DNA of 61,958 nt, filler included, from Choristocarpus tenellus KU-1152 (taxonomy: Eukaryota > Protista > Phaeophyceae): assembly GCA_964200185.2 (NCBI GenBank). It is 12 parts of 12 records of this genome, joined end to end, with 100 filler letters (N's around TTAATTAATTAA, not from the genome) between each part and the next. Parts side by side here need not be neighbours in the genome. Positions count along the whole stretch, not along the records: positions 11,903 to 15,010 come from CAXNAD020022279.1; positions 15,111 to 19,662 come from CAXNAD020014029.1; positions 19,763 to 22,427 come from CAXNAD020025824.1; positions 22,528 to 27,030 come from CAXNAD020014255.1; 8 more parts are not named here. The stretch is one strand, 5' to 3'. Positions 12,869-24,261 of this stretch are shown here, piece after piece. Within the stretch, counting starts at the first letter, position 1; each line of letters opens with the position of its first letter. The notes beneath the pieces are model-generated. The model did no database searches and had not been told where the DNA came from. It worked only from the letters and a program-made list of their open reading frames with translations. A program made the translations under genes and the position numbers.

Positions 12869-13132
12869 GACCCAAAGCATTCAAGAGGGTAGGGTCATCC
12901 GTTCGGGATCACAAATCGAATGCTTCGATTTGATAATTTTTGGCTATCGTGTTTGTTAGCAAATGTCAATATCCTTGCTCACGACACACCTTTCATAGTC
13001 CTACACATTTTAGGTGCACTGTGTCCACACACACAATAACACCGAAAAAGGGCGTAAAAAAAATACGTGAGAAGCCAAGCCCCAAACGGACAAACAGGGC
13101 AAAACTCCTAAACCTCTTAAATGCTTTGACTC
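12869..13132 (+). mobile_element. Sola2-like MITE, diverged A subfamily
   Basis: GACCCAAAGCATTCAAGAGG...CCTCTTAAATGCTTTGACTC; TSD GGTA. Confidence 0.85.
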
Positions 13133-13591
13133 GGTAGTTGGGTGTGCTGCAGTCAACTGCGCCAGAGGACGGACTGTGCCCTCTCACGACAAATATTGAA
13201 TCAACCCAACTGATAGTTATGGATGGTTGCATTTTCAAGGATCCTGAAAAAAGGCAAAAAAATTAATTTTGCACAAATGAAGAAAGGGACTACTTCGCTG
13301 AATTGTGGTATCACTTATTCTGTTGAAAGGGGCTCGAGATCAGGGAGTAGAATTACGTACATACAGCAACTGTTACCGCACGTTCCATAGCTTACCTCCA
13401 CCATATCGCCTGTGTAAGAAACTAGTATTTGACTGACCTCAATAGTCGAGAGTTTGAAGTGAAGCAGTGGCAGATTCATATGTCTCTATTCTTGGAGTGA
13501 GGGGTAACCGAGTTGGTACAGCAAGGGGCAAGATATATAAAATCCCAGTGCTATTGTCACAAAACGTTCCCACACCTCAACACGAATCTTC

Positions 13592-13847
13592 GAGAAAGTA
13601 TCTTAGAGGGTACGAGTTTTTCCCAGTTTGTCCACTTGGGGCTTGGTTTCTTTCGGGGTTTTTATGACATTTTTCTACTCCAAAATATCTCGGAGTAGGT
13701 AAAATGTACACGCTATGAAAAGGTGTCTTCAGAACAAGGATATTGGCACTTCCTAACAAACACGATAGCCAAATTTACATCAAAATCGCAACATTGGATT
13801 TTGGTTCCCAAATGGACGCGGATCTACCCTCTAAGATACTTTGGCTC
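13592..13847 (-). mobile_element. Sola2-like MITE family A, abutting the right TIR of a family E element
   Basis: Family A interior and TIRs, followed by CAACCCTGCCTAC; TSD not resolved. Confidence 0.8.
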
Positions 13848-14050
13848 CAACCCTGCCTACATCTCAGTTGGTTTGGCACAGAAAGAGATCATATAGAGGT
13901 CAGGAATCAGGCTAGGACTGGGAAACCAATGGCAGGGAGCACGGATCTGAAAATGCAGGTTGAAAGATGATCACAATGAAACAGGTGTATTGAGTAGAAT
14001 AGGAAAGATATGCAAAAGAGAACTCTTCCAATAGAGTCTTTGCTTTAAGT

Positions 14051-14670
14051 TGTATGGATTTATTTATTAGCGGAGTGAGCACAGCCTTTCTTTGGTGGTG
14101 GGGTGCTCTTCCTTATATTATTATCTATTGCGCACGTCATCAGACACGTCAAAATGTGTCTATGTCAGTTACACTACGTCAGGCACTTATATTGAACAAA
14201 ATAAGAAATCAATCCATCGAGACTCGAACCTCCGAATAGAAGTACACTAAGTCATATCCTTCACCCTTAACCTACTCAGTCAACACTTCTGTTGTGTTCC
14301 ACTGTTCACTAAATATATAACTCCCTATAGACTGCCTAGCCTATATTGCACACTCCCCCATGAGTGTGCAGCAAAGTTGCCGACTAAAGCTCACTCTCGA
14401 CGTGAAAGTACTGAATGCACAAAATCAGAAATAAAAATCTTGCGTGAAGACTTGGTTAACACGTCTGCCAATTGCTTGCGTGTTGGAATATACTTGATGT
14501 GAAATATGCCTTTATCTACATACTCTCTGGTACACTTCAACTTCATATCTACGTGCTTAGTCCTGCATTTCCTTCTCCATTGCCTCTTGCCACTGCTCTG
14601 CATCTGGCCCATTCAAGGCCGCCTTTGTTGTGAATGGCTCGTCTGGACCTGTTGTTACTTCCCCCATGAG
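14051..14670 (-). mobile_element. Copia deletion derivative: RT N-terminus fused to RNase H end, PPT and 3' LTR
   Basis: Minus-strand EPFTTKAALNGPDAEQWQEAMEKEM joined at about 14564 to RTKHVD...YIPTRKQLADVLTK; PPT GGGGGAGTG (14351-14359); LTR TG...CA at about 14350-14051. Confidence 0.8.
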
Positions 14671-15928
14671 ACCCATAAAACAGTACACTTCGTTGTTCTG
14701 TTACAGGCGAATAGCGTGAGCATTTCTTCTTGTATTTCAACAAAGTTTGAGCATTTGTTACACGCGAATAGCGCGAGCATTGATCTCCTTATGTGTTAGG
14801 AAATACGAACTTTTGTAATAGACATACAGTGTGAAGATTGTTTCTCGAGTTCTGACAAGTGCGAACTATATACGATATTAGTAACACATAGGTAACCTTA
14901 CAGAATAAGTGATAATTTGAAGGAGATGCAGAGTAAGATTCGGAATACCTACGTAACGTTACAGAGGAAAATGTCAAAGTCACTAAGAAGTTGAAGAATA
15001 AAGGCTTATGNNNNNNNNNNNNNNNNNNNNNNNNNNNNNNNNNNNNNNNNNNNNTTAATTAATTAANNNNNNNNNNNNNNNNNNNNNNNNNNNNNNNNNN
15101 NNNNNNNNNNCTTCCCGATCTTGGGGTAGCAGGTGCAGCGTCAAAGGACGCAGAGTCTGCTACAGATCAGTGGTTTTACGGGGCGGTTGCCAGGACATTC
15201 TTGGTATGATGGATGGGGTGGTACACGTTGCATGTATTGTTTTGGTGCAGCTGTCTCTTGGGGTCTTTTTGTGAAGTTGCAGTCTACTCTGTTTATGTCG
15301 TTGTATATATGGTTGAGAGAAATGCTAACCATGCTAGGTCGCTAGCTGCCTCTTTTGGGAGATCTCTGATTATTCAATGTCCTATTTTGTCGATTTAATT
15401 TATTTTTAATTGTACTCTTACGTGCCGAGATTGCAGTGTGTAGCGTTGGTCGTAAGTGAGCGTACTCTCTTTCACACAAACGCGCGCCTTTTGTTGTTGT
15501 TGTTGTCTGTGCTCTCTTTATTTTTTTATCTTAAAGTGATCGACAGCCTCAGGGTGAGAGACCATCTGTAAGAGGGTGGGGTCGATTTCGACCCCCTTTG
15601 AGTTTGTTTTTTCTTGGGGCCTTGAACCTGTGCCAATGCCTGAAATTCAGTCAACCGACCCCTTTCGTGGGCGTGGGTGTGGGTGAAGAAGAGGAAGAGG
15701 AAGATTAGGAAATGATATGTAAAACACATTGCTAGCCCAAAACTCCCTCCACGGTGCTCCGAAGACATGCACTGTGAGGCAGTCATAGGAACCCCTACAA
15801 CTCAAGGACACACAGACTCCTCTCTTATATGGTGCCGATTTCGAGGCTCTTAACTAGCAGGCATTGCACTAAACTCACCACGCCTCACTTCGCTTCCTTC
15901 CTTTGTCTGTGATATTTTGTATTTCAAG

Positions 15929-16105
15929 GTGGATGTGAAACTGTTGGGTGTCAATGAGCAGGGGAAGCTCCGCCTGAGCCGGAAGGCGGTTGTGGAGGAG
16001 GACATCAAGGGTCCAAGAGCAGCAACAACGTCGGCACGGCCACTGGGGGTTGTTAAAAGCAAGGCAAAAGCGCCTGTGTCAGAAGTGACAGGAACAGGGG
16101 GTTGA
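15929..16105 (+). CDS. Last exon of a polynucleotide phosphorylase-like protein (C-terminal S1 domain)
   Basis: AG|VDVKLLGVNEQGKLRLSRKA...GTGG*, resembling the PNPase S1 end (VKLLEID..GRLRLSRKA). Confidence 0.7.
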   Translation: MDVKLLGVNEQGKLRLSRKAVVEEDIKGPRAATTSARPLGVVKSKAKAPVSEVTGTGG

Positions 16106-17187
16106 GGACGTATGTCAAGCCGTAGTGGTTGCAGAGGGTATAAATGTGGTTTGGTGGCTTGGTTCAGGTAGGAAGGGAGGGCATCACCTTTGAGCCCCGG
16201 GATTGGCTGCCTACATCACATGAGGACGGCAGCCTGGGTTAAGTTATAGTGGATACAGTAGAGATGGGTTTTATAAACTGTGTCGGCAGTGTATGCATGG
16301 CTGATAACCTTATTGCTTGTTAATTTGTGCTTGTCTGTACTGATGGAAAGATTGGGGGGGGGGGGGGGGGAAGGGAGGTGAGTAGTCAATATGTTGATGG
16401 TGTTCTTTGTCCTGGTTCCTTGCCGCTCAGGGTGAGGTCCGTGGAGGCACTGGATGTGGTATGCAGGAGGTCTATATCTGCTGTATCTAATGTGATTGTC
16501 ACGGCAGGGGAGTGGTGTCCACTTCTTGATTGACTGAACCATCAAATGTGTTTGTTTGAGAATGTTTTACGTAGTTGTCACTTTTTTTTTCTACTGAAAT
16601 ACTAAAACGATATGATACTTGACAGTACTATAGTGATACCGTCCCCCTCGTATTTGCTGTTGATGTACTTTGTTTCTTTACTACAGAGGAGAGAAACAAA
16701 AAAAGAAAACAGTCACGCCTGCTCCCATAAGAAATGGAGTTTTCACGTGGACCTATGTCACAAGATTCATTTGGTCCGAGAAGGCCTTGTATTTTGACTT
16801 ATCAGAAAAAATACGATCTTGTTCGTGAATGGGTTGCCGGCTGAGAACAGGACCCGTTCAAGAAAGTAAAGTGTGTCCTATGGGGATAAATTAAGTAGAT
16901 CCTTTGTATGGTCACAATGTTGCCGACAATCAGACGTAATGATAATTGGCACAAAATAGTGGAGAAAAAACAAAAACTTCGTAGTTCAAAATATGCTGTG
17001 AAGTAATTACTGTGCTCAGTTGAACATGTGTCTTGTGGTATTTCTGTGTGTGAGAGATCTTGTGTGCAGTTGCATAGTTGACCCTTCCTTGTTCTGCCTG
17101 TCTACAGTTAGTTGTCCTGGGGGAGGGGGCTTTTATTTTGCTTCATTTATGTCGGTTCCTCACAGCCAGCAGTTACTAGAGTCACCA

Positions 17188-17300
17188 GGCTCAAAGTATC
17201 AGGGAGGGGGGTGGCGGCTGTCCATTCAGGGCCCGTTTTTCCATGTCGCGATTTTTGGGTGATTTGGTTGCATCCATCAGATGGATGATGTAAGTGTACT
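17188..17300 (+). mobile_element. Sola2-like MITE family B (partial); other copies 11780-11802, 19499-19662, 22409-22427, 33209-33373, 34090-34242, 40362-40421, about 47990-48021
   Basis: Termini GGCTCAAAGTATCTGGG / CCCAGATACTTTGGGTC and shared interior TGTCCATTTGGGG..GATTTTTGGGTGATTTGGTTGCAT. Confidence 0.8.
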
Positions 17301-17949
17301 TAGTACCAGCATTGATATTCAGTAGTAGAAATGTTAATTGAGTCGGAATTTGTGTTGGGACCCTATGATGGAGTAGTACCTTGAGAATTGCTTGCCAGTG
17401 GCTGGGGTGACTTGTTTGGGAGGGATTGAGTTGGTCACAGAAGACTGATAAGGAGGGGCTGGGTGTCGTAGGGGATACGGTCATGATGGTTGACTAGGTA
17501 GTGTATTGATTGTGTTGGTATGGGAATTCCGTCCATGCCTGCATGTGGTGGTGGATGAAAACCCTGAAGATCTGTCTACTGTGACTATGTATATAGTACT
17601 GTATACATTATCATGCTTCATCAGTCAGAACAGGCAAGGATCAAAGAAGTATTACACACTACTCTTAGAGTCAAAGCAAGAGCGAGTCGAAGTACATGAA
17701 GCACGCACGAAAAGGTACTGTTTCCATCCGTAATGATGGGAGAATCTGATAGTACTAGCAATAGTAGATCAACAAAATAAAATGATGGAAGGTATAGGGA
17801 GAGTCAGTGATCATGTGGCTAGCTCTAGGTAGGTAGGACCCCTTGGAAGTTAATTCTATTCTCTCTTCTCGTCTTCCTTTTTTGTTGATTACATTGGGCC
17901 TCAAGAAAGGACCTAGACTGCGCTACATGTAAAAACAAGAAAATAATAG

Positions 17950-19498
17950 GTCGTAGTGACCTCATATTCGGCAGTAGTTACAACACGAGCAAAACAGAGT
18001 AGAAGTTGAAAATACCGTAATGCAGCTCTCCTTTCGCAGCTACAAAACAGGAATAAGAGAGAAGAATGGGAAAGTGTCATTATTTAAGTAATCTTTGGCA
18101 ATTACAAGACAGACAGGTCCAACAGAGCAGAAACGAAAAAAATCTCAAAATTTAGCTCTTCTTCGGCAGGCAAAGATCAGCTACAACAACAGGGTAGAAA
18201 CGAAAAAATCTCGTAGTAGTGTACCTTATCCTCGGCAGTTTTAAAACTGGTGGAACAGACTAGAAATATTTACTATATGTAGCTAGTCTTCGACTGTTGT
18301 GAAAAAGGTGCAAGAAAGCACAAATCAGAATTATCGTAATGTGACTCGCGTTTCGGCACTTACGAAACAATTAATGCCCAGTAGAAATGGAAGAATATCA
18401 TTATGTAGGACTTCTTTGGAAGCTACAAACCAAGTCACATCACAGTGGAGATTGCTAGATATCGTGATGTAGGTCCTCTTTAGAAGAGACAAAACAGACA
18501 CAACAGAGCAGAAATGAACGGATATCATTATGTAACTCATTGTTGGCAGTCACAAAACAGGTTGCATCGCAGTTGAAATGACAAATGTGGTGAGGTACCT
18601 CCTAAATTCGAAGTAAAACTAGAAATGGGTACAGTTAGTTGGAGGTCGTAAACGCAAGCAAGTTCAAGAGGCTGCATTTCTGCTAGGGTGGAAATAAGAA
18701 AGAATAAACGCAAATCCAAGACTCCTCTACTTCCTTGTGAAACTCCAATTTAGTAGTTGAAAAACAGGTTAATATCGTGATTTTTTGGCTGTTACAAAAC
18801 AGGGTGTGCAATATTGTAGAAAGTACAAAATATCGTAATATAGCTCAACTTTTGGCAGTTACAAATCAGGTGCAATAAAGTATCAACACTGGTGTATTTC
18901 TTACCGCCTAAAGGTGGTGTCACCGGTCCAATTTGCACAAAGATGTGGATACCGGAGAACTTGCAAGCAAAATCCGATATGAGCCAAACCAATCAAGAGG
19001 TAGGCAGGTTTGGACCCTTTTGCATTCTAAGCCATATTTCTTACCCTGTGTAATTCATACTATTTTAATTTCTGTAGGTGCTCAATATTACATGTAAAAA
19101 TGGCATTCACCCTTTCGACACAAAAAGCGACACCAAAATTCAGCAAAGACTCTTCAGTTCTATAAAATGGTGTATTTTTTTCCTTTTTGTCGGAAAACTT
19201 AAAATGCAACCCTGCCTACCTCTGATTTGGTCTGACTCTTAATCTCTTCTGTGGCAGTTACGAAACAGGTACAACACGATGAAATTCTAAGTATTTCTTT
19301 CCACCTTCACGTGATTTCAATAGTCCAATTTGCACAAGGATATGGATGTAGGAGGTTTTGCTAAATAATATCGTAGTGTAGGTCTCCCTAGCCAGATACG
19401 AGAAAGGTAAAACACAGCAGGAATTTTGTTCGCACCTTCTGCTGGTATCACCAGTCCAATTTGCACAACATATCGATCCACCAAAACTTGCGAAAAAT
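17950..19498. repeat. Degenerate ~63-bp tandem array grading into ~140-bp units
   Basis: GGCAG-like anchors at 17970, 18035, 18097, 18165, 18234, 18292, 18355, 18418, 18482, 18545, 18609, 18787, 18854; GTCCAATTTGCACAA near 18926, 19323, 19454. Confidence 0.75.
18981..19238 (+). mobile_element. Sola2-like MITE family E (another left end at 31973, a right end at 13848-13879)
   Basis: About 30-bp TIRs GAGCCAAACCAATCAAGAGGTAGGCAGG / CCTGCCTACCTCTGATTTGGTCTGACTC. Confidence 0.75.
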
Positions 19499-20065
19499 GG
19501 CTCGAAGTATCTGGGAGAGGGTGGCGGCTGTCCATTTGGGGTCATTTTTTTCATGTCGCAATTTTTGGGTGATTTGGTTGCATACGTCGGATGGATTGTA
19601 AGCGCACTTTTCCTGATTTTGGTCCAAGTGGACACCCTGGTGTAGGGGCCCCCGCCCACCCCNNNNNNNNNNNNNNNNNNNNNNNNNNNNNNNNNNNNNN
19701 NNNNNNTTAATTAATTAANNNNNNNNNNNNNNNNNNNNNNNNNNNNNNNNNNNNNNNNNNNNTGATTGGAGAGGGAGGGAAGAGGGTATAGTTGGTAGGG
19801 CAGACCCTGCACACGTCCCTGGGGGCTGTACAACTTGATAATGTATTGTGAAAGGTAATCCATAGACCAATGAAATAGCCTAGGTGTCACACTCAGCCAA
19901 TAGAATGCACCACCCTTGCAACATCTCATGTAACACCACTCCACTATGCCGTCTTCGATTGGCAGAAAGTTCAAAGGAACAACCATGTACTCCTCAGCAG
20001 TGGAGGACTTCAGAGACTACCTAATCTCCGATAGCTCCCCTGTGCGATTCTTACGATCTCTGCCT

Positions 20066-20099
<34 letters not shown>

Positions 20100-20900
20100 A
20101 CACCACAACACAACAAAAAAAAACAAAAAAAAAACACCAAAAACCCAACAANNNNNNNNNNCGTGGAGGGCTTCAAAGCCTCCCCAATCTCCCATACCCC
20201 CCCCGTGCGATTCTTACGATCTCTGCCTCCGCCCCCCCCCCCCCCCCCTTCCCCTTGCAGCAAATAGCAAATGCGTAAAATGACTGGAAAAGTACCCACA
20301 GGTCTACATCACACACACAAACTGAACCCTCCAAACTGTATGTACTCTTAATCAACGCATACAGACACCACAAAGCACGTTACAGGAAGGGTGCTAACAT
20401 TCAACCAATCAAACGCCCTACACGACTCCTACGTAACCATGTTTCACGGTACAGTTACATTTACAGTTACATTTACAGTTACAATTACAGTCGTGGAAAA
20501 ATGTTGACACTCAAGTCTATTATACCCTAACCCTACCATCAGAAATATAGAACCCCTACTGTTGGCAACCATGGAGATTTAAAAAAAAAAAAAACGTGCA
20601 CAGAAGTAAATAACCCGTAACGGTACTGACAAAATACGTATAGATACATACACGTCTCCACCCGGAAGTGTGAATGAATGACAGAGAATTAGAGAGAGAG
20701 AGGAAGGCCTGCGAGGGGGGTGGGTGCTATTTGCCCTATCATACACTATCATACACTATCATACACTACAACCTTATTGTTCTGGGGGTACATGTATCGT
20801 AACCGTCCCGATCCTTGCTACACTGACTGTAAAAATAAAAAAGATTTTTATTTTTCAATTTTCGGCTTGTATATCTTTCGAATAGCACAGCTAAAATAAC

Positions 20901-20931
<31 letters not shown>

Positions 20932-21592
20932 TATATATACACATATATATGTACACATATATTTGATGACCAACTCCCTCGCCACAGACAGCATATAGCC
21001 CCCCCATCAACGCCCTGTACAATGACATTTGAAGGTACACGCTACAGTCATCGTTGTTGACTGTAGACAAATAGAGGTACACCCATGCCTGTACTGTCCA
21101 AATCCAAACGGGAACTGAACTGACTGCCAAGTCAACACAACAACTGTAACCATACTCTCAAGAACACAACTCCCAACCACAGACTGAAACATACGGTGAG
21201 GCCAAAAAAGCGAATACGATACTATACCTGTAACTGTAACTGTAACTGTTTTACTCCTGCAGACAAGACAACAACGGTCATTGCAACTGTGCTAACACAT
21301 CTCACAGTCACACACACTGCAACAACGGGCTGGACAAACCTCTTTCACAGTCAGAAACCGGACAAGAAGCCACAGATCAACCATGTACAACCATGTAATT
21401 AATACCCCTTCAACAGTCTTCAACAGCGGTGATGACCAATGGAGAACTCACCCCTCACCCCCCTCACCTTCAAACCCTCAGTGGCCTGACCTAAAACAAT
21501 CCTAAAACAATCCTAAAACAATCCTAACCCTAACCCTAAAACAATTACCTATAACGAAGCACAACAACAAGAGCAACTCATGACCTCATCGC

Positions 21593-21637
<45 letters not shown>

Positions 21638-21694
21638 ACCGCTGCCCCCTGCCTCTCACTTCTCCCTATTCCCACCCCAGTGGTACTTACTTAC

Positions 21695-21820
21695 CTGTGT
21701 CCGGAGGGCAAGAACAGCCTGATCATTCCGGGCCATCTGAGCTGTCTGCCCAGTGGTGAGACCCCCCTGTGAACCCTCCTTAGCGCATATCCTCTCATTC
21801 TCCGTCAGAAGGTGCTCCAC
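21695..21820 (-). CDS. Single internal exon of an unknown, probably coiled-coil protein
   Basis: AG|VEHLLTENERICAKEGSQGGLTTGQTAQMARNDQAVLALRTQ|GTAAGT; 126 nt, phase 0-0. Confidence 0.6.
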
Positions 21821-22527
21821 CTTGGACAGGCGAGAAGCAAAGTGGGACAAAAAACCCCAGCAACATCAGGGTTAGGGTTTGAGATCTCACTTTTGAGATT
21901 GTCAATGAGAATCTATCTCTGGTATCAATATCAGAGCAGCACCAAACTTGCGAATGAGAATACATACTGTGCATCGGTGAGATGGTGGTGGCTACTACTA
22001 CTACGTCCATGGGCAAAAAAAAAGAAAAAAAGATTCCCCATCAAACTGTTGCAATTTTTTTTTTTTAACTACGATTTTAAAAAGTGATGTGTTTAAAAAA
22101 TAAATTAAAATAAATTAAATTCGCTGTGTCAGTCAAATGGAGAGGATCAACCATGCATTTTGACCCACAACCCACCCCAAAATACAGTCCATTCTCCTTC
22201 TCAATAGCGTGGTATGCAAACTTTGGATGGTAGGGTGTATGAGCACCTCAGATGTGAAGGGATGAGACAGCTCCATCCCCTGAAATGTTAACCATGAACT
22301 ATTTCAATACCCACTGAGTGATACTAGTACCAGCCAAGATGGGGTGCATGTTAGTGGGTATTAAGGGCCCCTATGACTTCATCGTGGTACATGTGTTTTT
22401 AGCAATGTGGCTAAAATTATCTGGGGGNNNNNNNNNNNNNNNNNNNNNNNNNNNNNNNNNNNNNNNNNNNNTTAATTAATTAANNNNNNNNNNNNNNNNN
22501 NNNNNNNNNNNNNNNNNNNNNNNNNNN

Positions 22528-22746
22528 GGGGCCAAAATCCAGTGTTGCGATTTCAATGTAAATTTGGCTATCGTGTTTGTTAGGAAGTGTAAACATCCTT
22601 GTTCCAAACACATCTTTTCGTAACATACACATTTTACCTACTCCGAAATATTTTGGACTACGAAAATGTCATAAAAACCCTGAGGGAAGCCAAGCCCCAA
22701 ATGGACAAACAGGGCAAAACCCGTACCCTCTAAGATACTTTCACTC
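22528..22746 (+). mobile_element. Sola2-like MITE family A truncated by contig start (likewise 27131-27306 and 43512-43571; partial copy about 52678-52880)
   Basis: Family A interior and TIR ...TACCCTCTAAGATACTTTCACTC. Confidence 0.85.
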
Positions 22747-23152
22747 ATACTTTCCATATGTTATGTACACTTTCCAACAACACTCCTGTAACAACAAATC
22801 TAGACATAGCGTGGGACAGGTACTCTAATAGCACAACACCGTCCCGTCCATACGCCTTGCAATGGTAAGAGGGGGCGGGGCGTATACGGACACGACACGA
22901 CACCATATTTTCTTCAATTTCCCCAATACCCACAACTACGTCATGTACCAGAAAATTCTTCAGTTAACAACCAAAAGAGTTTCACTGATACGATGAAATC
23001 GGGTAGAGAACTTTTGAACTAAATCTATTTATTAAACGAATTGAATCGAAAAGAAGTGTCGGTAGATGAAGGGACGCAGATGTTGATGCCAATCAGTGCT
23101 ATACAGGAAGAACTCCAAACCTCAACAAATCTTAGTATGTACAAATATTTAT

Positions 23153-23487
23153 TATTATGCCCTCTGACATTTTGCAAATATCATTTCTTGTGAATAAAAA
23201 AAAACTGATACCGTACCTTTTTGATCGAAATTAAACTGATTGAACTCCTGTTCGAATTCGCAACTCTGTACATTTTTTTGATTTCGTTGGAAGAACCCAG
23301 CGACGAATACATTTTCTGGGTGGTTCAATAAGAAAAAAAATTCAGTGTTGAATATCCTTAAAGTTTTCCACATATATGGGTTTCAAGTCATTCCACCACA
23401 TTTGATCTCTTACCTTACATTGTTATATCATTTTACACAAGATCCACTTCGTAAGAAAGAGAATGTAAAACGTTAGAGGGTATAATT
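23153..23487. mobile_element. TIR element (TTATGCCCTCTGACATTTTG termini) in TA-rich context; relatives at 11903-12062 and 43075-43274
   Basis: Left TTATGCCCTCTGACATTTTGCA versus right TGTAAAACGTTAGAGGGTATAA. Confidence 0.7.
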
Positions 23488-24261
23488 ATATATATATGAA
23501 AGAGAGTTGGCTTTTTCCCCAACACATCTGCGAAGGGTCAGATAGTAATATAATATTAAATAAGAAGGAGAAGTGGGTTGGTGTAGAATAATTATTCTAT
23601 TCTCTTCAGAATCCGTCTTTCAATGATCATCAATATTATTCAGAAGAGGCGGAAAATACAACAATGAAAGACTAGAAAAACTTCGTATACGAATGTTCTT
23701 ATTTGTTTTCTCTCATATTATTCCTCTCACCCAATTTCCTTTTTAAAATATTCGGTTAAATCTCCTCAGAAATAAGGGAGTTCTCGGGAAAAGGGTATAA
23801 TCTCTATCCTCTCTGTGATAATTGGCGTTTCTTTCCTCTATTCACAATTATAGCTTTAGTAGTATAGATAGTTCTTCACACAGTTCCTACCTTTATTGTT
23901 TTTTCATTTGAAAAGTCACTTTTATTTTTGTTCGGCACTAGTAGAAGTACAGTACAACATACAGTTGTAAAGTCACTCCTATTTGTCACGTGACCCTTTC
24001 TAGATTTATTTTTGAATTTCAGTGCCAGATTTGGAATATCGGTCCAACTTAACAAGACATTGAGGGTTCCATTGGTCTTTCCTTACCAGAGAGGCCAGCG
24101 GGTATGTCATATGTAAACATACAAACATTGGGTTCCGACGATCTTCTCAGCCTTCAGATCTCTGGGGTGGTATGGAAATAGAGTGTGGAAGGACTGTTGT
24201 GGTTTGGCATTTGAGGTAACAGTCGACTGTTGCCTCTGGGTCTTGCTGCGAAGGAGGTACA

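Noticed and set aside
17950-18890. CRISPR-like interpretation of the ~63-bp periodic array
   Set aside because: Similarity spans the whole unit, with no identical repeats or unique spacers; no cas genes; eukaryotic context
20020-20255. Direct repeat flanking an 11-N gap
   Set aside because: Looks like the same locus read from both sides of a poly-C tract with degraded base calls (assembly artefact)
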